In this document: positions 10,627-23,050 of the stretch, piece by piece
Position numbering within the stretch: position 1 is the stretch's first letter
Layout of the letters: every line of letters begins with the position of its first letter
From: Strigamia acuminata
Lineage: Eukaryota
Direction: 5' to 3'
Assembly (NCBI GenBank): GCA_949358305.1
Contig: OX442314.1
Span: forward strand, 2,976,001 to 3,040,000
DNA length: 64,000 bases
The notes under the pieces: generated by a model
Told to the model about the DNA's origin: nothing
The model's input: only the letters and a program-made list of their open reading frames with translations
Databases searched by the model: none
Made by a program: the position numbers and the translations under genes

Positions 10627-13600
10627 CACCAGTCTTGTGGAAAAATTACTCTTTTCCTGAAACGTTCGATCGAACAGTCCACTTGCTTGAGTAGTTGAAA
10701 CTATTGTTTTTGTACTCGTATCGCAAAATGAAGAATAAACGTCCATACTCTCTAACTTCCTTTTAGAAGATTGAGGATTGTGAATCTGGTCTCCCGACCT
10801 TTGTCGTGGTGGACTGGATTGGTCACGTCCTCTAAACGGCAAAACTTTTGTGAACGATTGTTCGACAATTGCTTGATTTGGATTGGAAATTGGCTGTGAA
10901 ATCCTATCGTTGAGTTTTTTGTTTAGCTCATGCTCCACTACATACGTAATCGCTTCGTCTAAATTCGCAAATTGAAATGGATCTAATCCATACGGTTGAC
11001 AGTAGTTTCTTATAGACTTCCAATCTACGATACTTTTAAAGTACGATCGGTTACTTAAATCTTCTTGGAGATCGACCATACTCAGTGGTTTTTTAGTCAT
11101 ACTAAATTCAAAATCTGAAGATTTTGATTCTTTAATTATAAAGAAACACGAATATATTCTTTTAAAGAATAATATAATACACTTTTCAACGAGAAATACT
11201 TCTAAATTTTACTTTTAACAAAGTAAAATTAACCTTCGCGTTTGTTTAACACGTGTTAGCTTTGCAGGTTACACGGTACGAAATTCGAATCGTGACTGAA
11301 ATCGGACGGCGTGATCAAGATGGCTCTGGAACACGTCTCTGGGTCTGGTCTGGAAACGAATGATCAGTGTCTGATCTGGTCCGCCTTTAATAGCAGGGGG
11401 CTGGGGGTCCCTAAATCTCCTAGCTCCTGATTGGCAGATTTTACTGATAGCCAATGGTATAATGGACGTTACACCTGATTAGCTGTTCTCTACTAAGTCC
11501 GTTCCCTTCGGAATTTCCGTTTTACCGTTAAAATAAAAATTCCTTCGAGAAATATTCGTAAATATGTCCAAGTGTATTTTTCCATAAAATAAAGTAAATT
11601 TACTTCAATCTTTTGAACTTTGGGATTTTTACTAATCCAAATAATTAAATAATTTTCTTCGAAAATATTCTTCGTTAATTATTCCGTTTTTGAGTAATAT
11701 CATTACAACCATGGTTTTAATAAAGTTTTCTCAAACTCTCACTTTTCCTTATCCTTATTCAACTATCTTTTAAATAGTCATCCATTTGTAATTGAAATCT
11801 ATTTTGATATTTCCAACACTGTATTATTTCCAATAGGAAAAATAATTTGACCAAGTCTTTACTTTTTCGGGGCTAAATTCCATTTTTCGAGTGTAAAAAA
11901 TAAATTTTCACCATCCATCTCCCCCTTTTATAACAAATTTTTTAACAAATAAAAATTCGTTAAAATTCTTTACATTTGTTTTGCGAGAAAAATTATCTAA
12001 TTCTCTAATTTTCCAAAAGAAAATATTCGAAATTTTACTTTAAACGATAAAGTTATTGGTACAAATGTGTACTTGTTTTTCGGGAGAAAACTATTCGACA
12101 ATCCTTTAGACTTTTGGGTAAAAATTATTTATCAAATCTTTCTTTTTGATGCAAATTGCTTTGATTTTTCGAAAGAAAATATCTAGCTAAATTCCACTTT
12201 TCCTGAGCGGACAATTGTTTTCACAATTGGTTATTCCTTGGCGGTACTTACGAAGGACGTGTCTTTTGATTATTCGTTTTATAATAATTCGTCCCCCTTA
12301 TCTCGAATAACGAGATGTTTTGCAGAAATCTTTTATCTTTTGAAATAAAAGAATATTTAGATCGCAATTTCCGTAAATACCTTCATCTGTTGCAGCATTT
12401 CCTCAAATCAACTTTTTCAGAATGAAAAGACAAATCTGGAGAACTTCACTGTCAAACTTCTATTCCTATCGCACCAAAATTCGTAATTCACTGTTTTGGA
12501 ATTCCGTGTAATGCGTGACACACAATAACAGTATCGATGTCACTATTAAGCAGTTTACTACTTGGTCGGCACGAGGACATGTAAATTACCTTTTTGCCGA
12601 TAAAATAGTTTTTCTTGAAAATATTTGTAATTGATTTTTTTTTTGCACAACTACTTTTGAATGAAATAAACTGAATTTATCTCAGATTTTTGTTAATTGA
12701 TTCTACACAACGTAACATTCCCTTTAAGGTTGGATTTGCATCGAAATTCTGTTTTTAAAAGAACTTTTCCTTCAGTTATTGCAAATAAAATTATTACAAC
12801 AGTTTTTCTGATTAAACTTTGACACGTAAATTACTAACGAAATATATTCACATTCCATTAGCCTTTAGGAAAATTGACTAGATTCTTATTTTTAGAGACA
12901 ATAATATATCTAGAATATTTTCTTTTCCGAATAAAATCTATGTTCAATAGAAAATAAACTTTTTCTGCAATTCTTAGTTTTTCGAATGGAAAAATACAAC
13001 TCTTCATCAGCGGTGATTTATTTGATTTTTCCGAAAGAAAAATAATCACTTTGAAACTTATTTTCTTCGTTTAAACCAGCTATCTGATTTTAAAGCTTCA
13101 ATCCAGTCAAGAAATATTCGATCTGTAAATATTCTATGTGGCAAAGTTCGTAGCCACAAATGGATTTGTTATTCCGAGTAAGAAATCTTCCACGTTGGAA
13201 AATGTCCGATTAGATTACTAATGTATTCGTTGTTTTTAAAACAGCTAAATTTCATTTAGAAATTCTCAAGATTTGGGAGACCCAAATATCGTTGGGAGTT
13301 TAAAACATTGTTAACATTTCCGAAAAGAGAAGATTGGATAAAATCTTTTACTTTTCCACGGGAAACCGTTTATTATGATTCGTAATTTTTTCGACGAAAA
13401 TATACTATTCCATGTGGTCGGCAGTTTCATTCGCCGCCATTTTAATTTTCCATTGTTTTCCGAAGAAAACTGTACTTTTTGAAAATAGTTAATTCCTTCA
13501 AATAAAGGTAATATTATTTCGATTTTGCGAATCTTTTCTCGCGAATTTGAGTGTGTTATTCTTTCAAACAACTAGATTATCTTGGGTACCGATGGCGGTG

Positions 13601-14597
13601 GAAAATAAGTTCACGACACTTAAATAAATCTCTACGAACCTTCGGTAACATTTCCACGCTGTTTTTAATTCGTTGTCCGCCGTAATTTCCAAGCATTTGT
13701 TCGCACCTTGCGTCGAAGGTTTTGAGTGGCTTTCCGGTCACGCTTTTAACGGAGATCGTCGCGTATTGCTACGGCGCGTGGTCGCTGGGTATCGGCGTCG
13801 ACGTACCGTTACAGGAAACTTAATTTCTTGTAAATATTTCCAAATAGTTGCGGTGTTTTTATTATTTTAACTTTCGAGTGGCAAGATAAATTTATTAGAA
13901 GTCCGCCTTCTAAACTTGTATGTATTTAGCTTTTCAAATAAAAACAACATCAAAAATATCTGTATTCTTATTTCACTCGAAACTTTTTGATTTCTTATTT
14001 TAAAAATACTTCGTATTCCTTAAGTTTTCGAACGAAAAATAGTAAAGAAAATTTACTAAACGTTTTCCAACTCATCAGTCTAACTTTTCACATAAACGGA
14101 AAATCTATTTGTCTGTTTTTAACTAAATCTTTTTAGTTAAATATTTATCCCAAAAATTCTCTTTTGCAATTCAATCGAATTAACTTGTAACCTATCTTGA
14201 TCACTTGTGATAGGTTTGAAATTTCGAAATTTCTTTTGTGAAGGACTGGATTTTTAATTCTCTTCGAGAAAATAAAATATGTTTTGAAACTGTTACTTGT
14301 CAAACTTTATTTTAAAGTTTTAATCTCAATTTATCTCTGAATTCACTTTATTAAATTCTCATGAATTTAAACTTTGCAACCTTATCTCGGTGATAGGTTG
14401 GTAGTATTTGAAATTCCTTAACTTTTCGAACGAAAATAATGAAGGAAAATCTGCTACACGTTTCTATTTCATCAGTTTAACTTTTCGGATGAAAAGTAAA
14501 ACTGAAAAGCTGTTTGTCTATTTTTAACTAAATCTGTTTAGTTAATATTTATCTCAAAAGTTCACTGTTTGCAATTCAATCGAATTAATTGCAACCT

Positions 14598-14615
14598 ATC
14601 TCGGTGGGACCTCCA
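14598..14615 (-). promoter_or_regulatory. Primer-binding site for tRNA-Gln
   Basis: tggaggtcccaccgagat is complementary to the tRNA-Gln 3' end (...AUCUCGGUGGGACCUCCA). Confidence 0.85.
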
Positions 14616-14617
14616 CG

Positions 14618-16685
14618 TGTGACGGTGACGACCACAACTTCCTAGCTCTACTAGTACCGGGTATAAGTCGCATAAACAGTGAATATATTGGAGATAAATA
14701 CAAGACAAAGATGGCTCTCAAAACAACTACATTTATTGTTACCAAACAATATGATCGCTACTAAAGTTATACATGCGATTAAGCCGACATTTGGCCAGTT
14801 AAAAGTATAATTAAACTATACAAAAGTTGGCTGTAAAACAGCCCTGAAATAATATCAATGCGTATCCTGGATTCGGGAATGGTCTGGTCACCACTCGACC
14901 GGGTTTACAGATGTCATCGGGGCCGGTCTGGCTGCGTCCTCGAGTCCGGGATGGCTTCGTGATCCTCGTGGCTTCTGTCGGTGTTGTTAAGCGTAACTGG
15001 GTTCGTGTAATGCTTCGCTGGGTTGATAGATCAGTTGATCCGAGAGGTGCGGTTGACTCATGTGCACCGCCACAACTTTGGGAGGATATTGGTTTAAGTA
15101 AATGGATTCATTTACTTATCAATATTCCGACTTCGAATTATATTTAATTCGAGATGTTGTGATTTTATTTAGATGTTCCGCTTTAACAATTGTTGCCAAA
15201 TTGTTGTTACATTGGGTTCAATGTAATGTAACTAAGTCTTCTTGACTTAATTGTTTAACTTGTATCCAAGTTAATATTGTTCTGTTGATAAAGTAATAAT
15301 GATTAGGCTTCCCGTCGCAATCACGCAGTTGCCATCGATAAACACGCCTTGCCATGCAGAACTGTATCAAGCGTCTCCGGCGCAGCAGCACGGTCGTCCA
15401 TCGAGTGGTTGACGGTACCACATACACCGGGGGTTATAGCTCGCGGCTCCACACAGCAGTTTAGCCCTTCGTGGTACTAATGACAAGCTGACTGCTTTGG
15501 CTCCGCTCATCATGGGAATTAGTTTACCAAACACTTGGTGCTACTCGTGGTTACTGTCAAACAGACTGCTTTGGCACCAACAGGCGATGGAACCAACTTC
15601 CAATAATAATTGGCGCTACTTGCGGTTACAGAATGCTTTCGTACCGCAAATGACCATTCTGTCCTGCCAGGAGGATACTGAATTGCATAGAAGCGGGTTC
15701 TCCTCGGCGAGACCGTTGATTGAACATTAGAATCCAACTTAAAACCTTCAATCGGTTAAATGTATTGTTCGGCGGAACAATGCGCGGTTTCAAGCGATTA
15801 AACCATCAACAAGAAACCAAATAACTCATACTAAATACCGTACGAAACATATACCAAATGCCGTATAAAACATATACCAAATACCGTATAAAAACATATA
15901 CGAATACCGTATAAATGCTGTATAAACATATACCAAATGCCTTGAATACAAGAACTACGAGTTGACTTATAACTAAGAACTGTGACTGTGTGTGATTTGA
16001 CTGATTACTGAACTTCTTCTCTTACTTACTGACCGATTGTCGAGGAATATATATCGTATTGGATTAAGGGATTTTATCACTTATCCAATTGGAACAATGG
16101 TTCCAGGAATCCCGCCAATCCCGTGATACCGGAAGTGGATACGGAGGAGCACAGACGGATTATGCAAATTACTTGGCACAACCGGAACTGGATACCCAGG
16201 ACCGGAAATGGATTCCACCAATCAAATTGATCGGTTGATCGATTGATCACCAAATGTCCTGTCCCGCAGAAACTGATGTTAAACTGTATTTAACATTAAT
16301 AAACATTAATATATCTTTATATTAAATGTTCACAAAGCTTCGTTTTACTCCAATAAATTTAGGTTTATATTTATTCACACATTCTTTATTTATATCTTGA
16401 ATTTACCGCTAAATCGTAATCGCGCCATCTTGTGGCAACATCGCGCATTGACAAATGCGGGTTTAGCAGACGACTCTTCGTAATTCGGCCGTGATATACT
16501 TATATCATGTAGTGAATGTTATTTAACATTCACTAATACAACATCTTTTGCTTTGAAACCTTATAAATAGCTTTATTTAGGAATTATATCCATTTTACAC
16601 AGAATATTGCAAAAATACCGTCATAATGACATAACAGCGCTTTTCCAGAGAAAATAGGCATTTATAGCCATTGTAAACTGTCACA
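14618..16685 (-). repeat. Putative 5' LTR of element E (~2.07 kb)
   Basis: Inverted termini tgtgac(g/a)gt. Minus-strand TATA-like run near 16048-16055 with TCAGT initiator ~16028-16032, and AATAAA near 14732. Second LTR not in window, so the boundary is inferred. Confidence 0.65.
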
Positions 16686-16850
16686 AGGTCAACATAACTG
16701 GTCTTAGTCTTGGGGACCACCGGTTATTCCAGTGTTGCCGGACTGCTGAGTTTTTTCTCAACTTGGTGATTTGTTTTTTGATCAGTTCGAATTCTATGGG
16801 TGACGAGGTTGGCGCAGACGGAGTTATTTTTGTTCCGCCTGCGAAAGCCA

Positions 16851-16857
16851 GTTTTTT
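16851..16857 (-). promoter_or_regulatory. -1 ribosomal frameshift slippery site A AAA AAC (gag-pol of element D)
   Basis: Heptamer in correct phase at the gag end (...ENMTKN); the -1 frame stays open ~55 codons to the element E junction. Confidence 0.7.
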
Positions 16858-18193
16858 GTCATATTTTCAAATTGATCGGTGACTAGTTTTATCATCTTTT
16901 TCTGTTCGGCGGCTTTCTTTTCCTCCTTCTGTTTGAGGCGCTTTGGACAATTCTGCCGCCAATGTCCCTCCTCTTGGCAAAAGTTACAGGGACGGCTCTT
17001 TCCTCCCTCTTGGTTGACTGGTTCTTTCGTGTATTCCTTGTAACAAGAAGACGAGATTGAATCCAAACAGTCTTCCTCAGCACCAGACATCTGGGTTCGG
17101 TAAGCCTTCCCAGGAGGCGGTATGGGATTCGATCCACTATTACTCTTTTTTGACGGCAGGGGCTCAATGTTGCCGTTTAGGTAGTGCGTAGATTGTAAGA
17201 GCTTGGTAGAATCCATGCTTCTTTCTAATATCCTTTGTTTTCGGGCTATACATTGAGCTCGTTTCTCTTTGGTTAGTGACTCGGTGTAGCAGTCATTCGC
17301 TTCTTCATGTTTTCTCTCGATGTACCGATAGACTGCGTTAAAGCTGTTCCCTCTCGGGGCGTTCATGTCTCTCAGTATTTTCTTTGAGTAGGAGTTTAGC
17401 CCTTGATCGAATATGACTTTTTGCGCGTGTTGGTTAAATGGTACGTCCATTTCACCAAACAGGTCATTCGCACGTTGTATGTACTCGCGTAGTGTTTCTC
17501 CGGGAGCTTGTCGCATTGCGCTCACTCGCGCTTGTATTTCGCTATTTGTTTCTCCGTATTGGTTGTGGAATTTCACTACGAAATCTTCCCAGTTTCGTGG
17601 TTTAGCGCTACTATACCACTTCCGGGCTTGACTTATCAGCATCTCGGGTATTCCCCTCGTGACCATTTCGTCCGGTTCGGCTCCCAAGCGAGTAATGGTG
17701 AGGGCCACTTTGTCAAGAAACTGATTCCCAGCATTCCAGGAGCCATCGAACTTTATTAGACGCAGAGTCGTCCATTTGATGTTGTTATCTTTCCGCGTAT
17801 AGAGCCACTGGTTCGCCGAGTATTTCTGTAGGAGTCCCTCACTCCGGTCGTCCTCTTCGATTTCTTGGCTCCGCGTTAGTTGGAGTTTCTGGTCCATTGC
17901 TCGTAGTAGTTTCTGCTCCATGGCTTGTAATTGATCGCCTAGTGAGTTGTTCTCGCTAATTTGCGATGATGAACGTAGGTTGTCGTCGACTGGGTTGGGG
18001 AAGCTGCCGTCGGGTTGGATTGGTCTGGGTGGATCGGGTTGGTATTGGGGACGTATCATCGTTTCGGGTGTACAGAGTATTCGAATTATTTGTTAGATTC
18101 TGTGAGACCGTCGAGGTTCCTTGGTCTGTCTTTACGGGTAGAGTGGTTTTATTCAGCTGTGTTCCGCGTAAGATCATATCGTCCAATCGAGTC

Positions 18194-21100
18194 TGTGAGG
18201 TTTGGACTACCTCGCGTTTGCGTCGCGTGCGCGTGCCGGCCGTTGCGCGTCGTGTGTGATGCGCGTGTGACGTTTTGGCGTGAGTCGCACGTATTTGCCA
18301 CCTGGCGCACCTGCCGGTGCTGGCCGATGACGTCAGATGCCGGGCCAATAGTAGAAGTCGTCTCATCACCAGCTGATTCGTTTTGTTTACATTTTTGTAG
18401 TTTTTGAGATGATTAAACAGTTTTGTACAACACTTGAACCAAGAGAGTCGTTAATTGTTTTCTCGTCGAACTTCACATATCCGACATGGCGCAGTCGACA
18501 CGTTGAGCCGGGATAACGTCGCCGATACGTGAAGAGACGTGTAAGATTTCGCTCGCTTCGCGATCAGACGGACATTTGTACCGCGATAAAAGTGAAAGGA
18601 CACTCGTGCGGTGTGTGTGAAGGAAAGGAACTCACGAAATAAAATGGCGGATATGAAAGGTGTGTTAACTTCAATTTGTGAGCCGGTTCTGGACCTTTTA
18701 ACGTGTGAAAACATTCGTGACGAGTGTTTGTTACGGGGAATCGACGTAACCAACTGCAAAAAGAAGAGCGAATTTTTGGCCACAATTTTGGCGGACAATG
18801 TGGCAAAAGATAAAGCCAAGGTCAACCCCGGGTCAACCCAGTCGGCCATTGTGGCGACTGCGGCGGGACTCGCCGGACAGATCAAAGTGCAGCATGAGGT
18901 GGACACGACGAAGGGAGTGCCCGTGTTCAAGGGAAAACGCGACGAGAACGTTGAACACTTCATCGAGTGCGTCGAGCGTGCGGCCACGTTGGGAAAATGG
19001 ACCGAGCACGCGAAAATTGCGGTGGCAAACGGACAATTGAAGGAGGAAGCTCTGTATTGGTATGACATTTTTGGAAAAAAATTTGTTTTGTGGTCGGAGT
19101 GGGTGGCGTCAATTAGGGACTATTTTTTGGACGTCGACACCTATGACAGGTGGAGGCAGCGAATCGCCGCAAGAAAGCAGCTGGAGAACGAGTCCCTCGC
19201 CACATATTTTGCCGCAAAAATTGCACTGATCGAGACAACAAAGAAGGCGTTCAGTTTTTCGAAGGATGACACGATAAATGTCACAGTAGAGGGAGTTCGC
19301 GATTTACACACTCGTGATTTATTTCGTATGGCAAAGTTTGACTCTTTTATTGAATTAATTAGGAAGGGACGCGAAATTGACCGGAACAGAGAGGCCAGTG
19401 GATCACCACCGAGGACGACACCAAAGGAGGCTGGGAAAGCCAAGCTCGAGACCCGAATTAGGACGCCACGTGACGATACAACATACAAAAAGGGAATGGA
19501 TATGTCGAAGATGCAGTGTTGGCGGTGCAACGAGATTGGGCACTGCTCATTCGACTGCACGAAGGCGAAGAAACCCGAACAGAAGGACGAAGAGGCGAAG
19601 AAGCAACAGAAAAGCGCCACTGGAAAGGTGAACATTTGCATGGTCAGGACAAAGTGTCCGGAATCGAATCTGGTGGTCGTTGATTGTCAGTCAGCGGAGC
19701 TCGGGGGACAGGTGGAGGCCCTGATCGATTGCGGGGCAAATTGTTCATCTGTGGACCAGGTATACATTGGCGATACCGTCGAGATCCGGCCAAATTTGGA
19801 GAAGGAATACTTCAAAACCGCAAATGGCGACAAACAAGTATTGGGCCATGTAGATTTGAACGTGCAGATTGGAAGAATGAGGACCACGATTAATGACGTC
19901 GCCGTGGTACAGGACCCGCCTTTTCCACTGATCATCGGGATGGATTGGCGCAAGCAGGCGGGCCTGGCGTGGATGATATCCGGCGACGGGGACGTGACTT
20001 TCTACAAGGAAATTAAGGATTCAACGTCAATGACGAATTGTCTTTTGCGTGCCAAGCAGCAGATTTCCGCCCAGGACCAGCTGTTCGGGGAGGAGGTAGA
20101 GGCGCTCGTGGGGGCGGCGGACGGGGACGTTTTGCCGGAGGAAAGAGAGCGACTCAGGCGGGTGTTGTGGAAGCACAGGGAGGCATTCAGCGAACACGAC
20201 GAACTGGGCGTGTGCGTGGACGAGGAATGCGAGATTCGTCTGAAACACGATAATCCCATCAAAGTCAAACCAAGAAAATTCTCGCCAGCCGATGAGAAGG
20301 CGTGCAGCGAGACAATGGCGCTTTGGTTGAGGTTGGGAATATGTCGACCCTCAACGTCGCAGTACAATTTTCCGTTGTGGTTTGTTAAACAGGGAGAGAC
20401 CAAGCAAAAGCTAAGACCGGTACTCGATTTACGACGTTTAAATGAGATTGTGGATGTGTCTATGTACCGGATGCCAACAATTGATGAAACAATAGAATTT
20501 TTATTAGAAGGGCAACCAATGTATTTTAACATTGGCGACGTCGCGATGGCGTTTTACCACGTTTTGCTGCGTAGCGGGGACTGTCATAAGATAGCGTTTT
20601 TGACACCGGAAGGGCTCATGGAATTAACAAGAATGCCAATGGGTTTGAAGATTTCACCATTCAAAATGCAAGAAATAATGGACAAGTTGTGTAGACGGGT
20701 GGAGCGCACCGCTGCATACGTGGATGATGTCGGCCAATCCAGCCGCATCGTGGATGAGTTAATTTCGAGATGGGAAAAATTTTTGGAGGAATTGGAAAAA
20801 AAGGGTCTACGAGTTCGCTTGTCAAAATGCCAACTTTTGCGGAAGGAAGTGAGTTTTCTCGGGTATATCGTGTCGCGGCAGGGGAAGAGACCGGACCCAG
20901 CGCGTTTGCAGGCCATTGACCGGTTTCAGCGTTTTCGTAACGCAAGGGACGTTCGTGCATTCTTGGGATTTGCCGGGTACCATCGCCGGTTCGTGAAGGG
21001 ATTTGCCGCGAAGACCAAAATACTGCAGATGCTTACCAAGAAAGATGTACGCTTTATTTGGACCGAGGCTCATCAGGGGGCAGTGGAGGCGATTCGTGAG

Positions 21101-23050
21101 GAACTGAAGGCGTGCGATTGGCTTGCCCATTTTCAACGCGAGGCCGAGACGTGCGTGAGTGTGGACGCAAGCCACGACGGCTTGGGCGCTACTCTCCAGC
21201 AGCGGCAGGACGGAGAATGGGTCACCATCGCTTTTGCGTCGAGAGGAATACCGCAGTCGTACGCCGCAGCCCATTCAAACGAGCTGGAGTGCCTCGCCGT
21301 CCACTGGGCAATCACTGAGAAGTTCCGCTCATACTTATTGGGGATAAAGTTCGTGCTGTTCACAGACAACTGGGCAGTGGCCCATATGCTGGCCAAGACG
21401 GATTTAAACAGAAAATACGCGAGGTGGATTTTGGACTTGCAAGAGTTCGATTTCACAATGAAGCACAAGAAGGGGAAGGAAAACGAGATTCCGGACGCCC
21501 TTTCTCGTGCGATTGAGTCTAAAGTAGCGGTGACACTGGCAATGATTAAATTGAGAGACAGCACACTGAGGGAGGAACAGGGAAACGACGCGTTTTGCAG
21601 AGAGAAGGTGGCAAATCTGCCAACAGAGTTTGAGGTGGTCGAAGGGCTGCTGCTTCACGCGGAGACGCGGCGAAATAGAAAATGTTCACAGATAGTGGTC
21701 CCGAGGAATATGACCGAAAGGTTGATGAAGGCCGTCCACGAGTCATGTGGGCATGCGGACGCCTACAAGACATTGTCGAGGTTAAGAAGGAGACATTGGT
21801 GGAAGGGAATGCAGGGAGCTGTTAAGAGCTTCGTGCGTGGTTGTCAGGGGTGCCAGCGTCAAAATCACAGAACCGCAAAGCCGATGGGTTTGCTGACAAA
21901 CCGGCCTATCCCGCCCAGACCTTTTCACACGATTGCGATTGATCACGGCGGTCCATACCCATGCAGTGGGGGAAATTTATTTATATTGGTAATAATCGAT
22001 TTATTTTCCAAATTTGTTGTGGCAGTGCCAGTCCGTAACACCAAGGCGGCAACATCAGTCGAGAAAGTCAGTGCAGATGTCTTCGGACGCTTCGGACCCG
22101 CGAGAAAAATCATTACGGATGCCGGAACCTCTTTCGTCGCCAAGGAGTTCGTGAACTTCGCGGAGGGTGAGGGCGCGGAGGTGGAGGTTTGCCCACCATA
22201 TCATCACGCCTCAAACGGTTTAGTCGAGCGAATGGTGCAGACGATTGTCCAGAAGTTGCGAAAGGCCGAGGGAGGGCTGGAGAAGTGGGCAAGGAATTTA
22301 CAAGATCAGATATGGGCGATAAACAATACGGTGCAGTCATCATCGCGGTTCACGCCATTCGAGCTGGTGCACGGCTACACACCCGACTTTAAGGAGGAGT
22401 TGGTAATAATCGAGGAGGAAGATCAGACGGAGGGGCTCGAGAGGCTGTGGGAAGATAGGGAGGAGGCGATTTGTAATCTGGAGGAGGCTGGAAGGTCGCA
22501 CAAAGACCGTTTCGACCGCAATAGAGAGGCGTCCGGACTGCAGACGGGGGACAGGGTGCTTTTCACGAAGGGACAACGGCAAAGGAAGTCCGACGCACTT
22601 TACGAGGGCCCCTACACAATTGTGGAGCGTTTGGGGACGGAAGTTTTTATTTTATCAGGCGATGACGGACGAACATGGAAGGCACACGGCGCCCAATTAA
22701 AAAGGTTCAGCGGAGAGGAAGCTGTGATGGGGGCCATCACCTCCCCTAGGGGGGGCGTGTGAGGTTTGGACTACCTCGCGTTCGCGTCGCGTGCGCGTGC
22801 CGGCCGTTGCGCGTCGTGTGTGATGCGCGTGTGACGTTTTGGCGTGTGTCGCACGTATTTGCCACCTGGCGCACCTGCCGGTGCTGGCCGATGACGTCAG
22901 ATGCCGGGCCAATAGTAGAAGTCGTCTCATCACCAGCTGATTCGTTTTGTTTACATTTTTGTAGTTTTTGAGATGATTAAACAGTTTTGTACAACACTTG
23001 AACCAAGAGAGTCGTTAATTGTTTTCTCGTCGAACTTCACATATCCGACA
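18194..23050 (+). mobile_element. Element C: full-length Ty3/gypsy LTR retrotransposon (4857 bp)
   Basis: 293-bp LTRs at 18194-18486 and 22758-23050 (two mismatches seen). TSD gagtc at 18189-18193 and 23051-23055. PBS tggcgcagtcg 18487-18497 (tRNA-Ser type); G-rich PPT before 22758. Confidence 0.97.
18644..22762 (+). CDS. Gypsy single-ORF Gag-Pol polyprotein
   Basis: ATG 18644. CWRCNEIGHCSFDC; protease LIDCGA; RT AAYVDDV; RNase H VDASHDG/ELECLA/FTDN; integrase H..H..C..C, D-D-E and GPY motif. Stop lies inside the 3' LTR. Confidence 0.96.
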   Translation: MADMKGVLTSICEPVLDLLTCENIRDECLLRGIDVTNCKKKSEFLATILADNVAKDKAKVNPGSTQSAIVATAAGLAGQIKVQHEVDTTKGVPVFKGKRDENVEHFIECVERAATLGKWTEHAKIAVANGQLKEEALYWYDIFGKKFVLWSEWVASIRDYFLDVDTYDRWRQRIAARKQLENESLATYFAAKIALIETTKKAFSFSKDDTINVTVEGVRDLHTRDLFRMAKFDSFIELIRKGREIDRNREASGSPPRTTPKEAGKAKLETRIRTPRDDTTYKKGMDMSKMQCWRCNEIGHCSFDCTKAKKPEQKDEEAKKQQKSATGKVNICMVRTKCPESNLVVVDCQSAELGGQVEALIDCGANCSSVDQVYIGDTVEIRPNLEKEYFKTANGDKQVLGHVDLNVQIGRMRTTINDVAVVQDPPFPLIIGMDWRKQAGLAWMISGDGDVTFYKEIKDSTSMTNCLLRAKQQISAQDQLFGEEVEALVGAADGDVLPEERERLRRVLWKHREAFSEHDELGVCVDEECEIRLKHDNPIKVKPRKFSPADEKACSETMALWLRLGICRPSTSQYNFPLWFVKQGETKQKLRPVLDLRRLNEIVDVSMYRMPTIDETIEFLLEGQPMYFNIGDVAMAFYHVLLRSGDCHKIAFLTPEGLMELTRMPMGLKISPFKMQEIMDKLCRRVERTAAYVDDVGQSSRIVDELISRWEKFLEELEKKGLRVRLSKCQLLRKEVSFLGYIVSRQGKRPDPARLQAIDRFQRFRNARDVRAFLGFAGYHRRFVKGFAAKTKILQMLTKKDVRFIWTEAHQGAVEAIREELKACDWLAHFQREAETCVSVDASHDGLGATLQQRQDGEWVTIAFASRGIPQSYAAAHSNELECLAVHWAITEKFRSYLLGIKFVLFTDNWAVAHMLAKTDLNRKYARWILDLQEFDFTMKHKKGKENEIPDALSRAIESKVAVTLAMIKLRDSTLREEQGNDAFCREKVANLPTEFEVVEGLLLHAETRRNRKCSQIVVPRNMTERLMKAVHESCGHADAYKTLSRLRRRHWWKGMQGAVKSFVRGCQGCQRQNHRTAKPMGLLTNRPIPPRPFHTIAIDHGGPYPCSGGNLFILVIIDLFSKFVVAVPVRNTKAATSVEKVSADVFGRFGPARKIITDAGTSFVAKEFVNFAEGEGAEVEVCPPYHHASNGLVERMVQTIVQKLRKAEGGLEKWARNLQDQIWAINNTVQSSSRFTPFELVHGYTPDFKEELVIIEEEDQTEGLERLWEDREEAICNLEEAGRSHKDRFDRNREASGLQTGDRVLFTKGQRQRKSDALYEGPYTIVERLGTEVFILSGDDGRTWKAHGAQLKRFSGEEAVMGAITSPRGGV

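Larger units (their letters stand above)
309..11100 (-). pseudogene. Element E gag-like CCHC protein, 289 aa when reconstituted: join(11100..10627, 704..309)
   Basis: Removing A plus one TSD copy fuses ...SNFSTRLV to FEENWPS... in frame; zinc knuckle CFHCKQPGHTKKDC. Confidence 0.8.
1..16685 (-). mobile_element. Element E: long-LTR retroelement (5' part; 3' end lies left of the window), host of element A
   Basis: PBS for tRNA-Gln (plus 14598-14615 atctcggtgggacctcca) 2 nt from a tgtgac...gtcaca-bounded segment 14618-16685. CCHC ORF split by A. Its edge truncates the pol frame of element D at 16686. Confidence 0.72.

Noticed and set aside
14598..14615. tRNA-Gln 3' end including CCA on the plus strand
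   Set aside because: Only 18 nt with no cloverleaf upstream; explained as a minus-strand PBS.
14911..15737. Possible env remnant among short ORFs in the element E LTR
   Set aside because: Only short ORFs, no transmembrane or fusion motifs, and the position is on the LTR side of the PBS.
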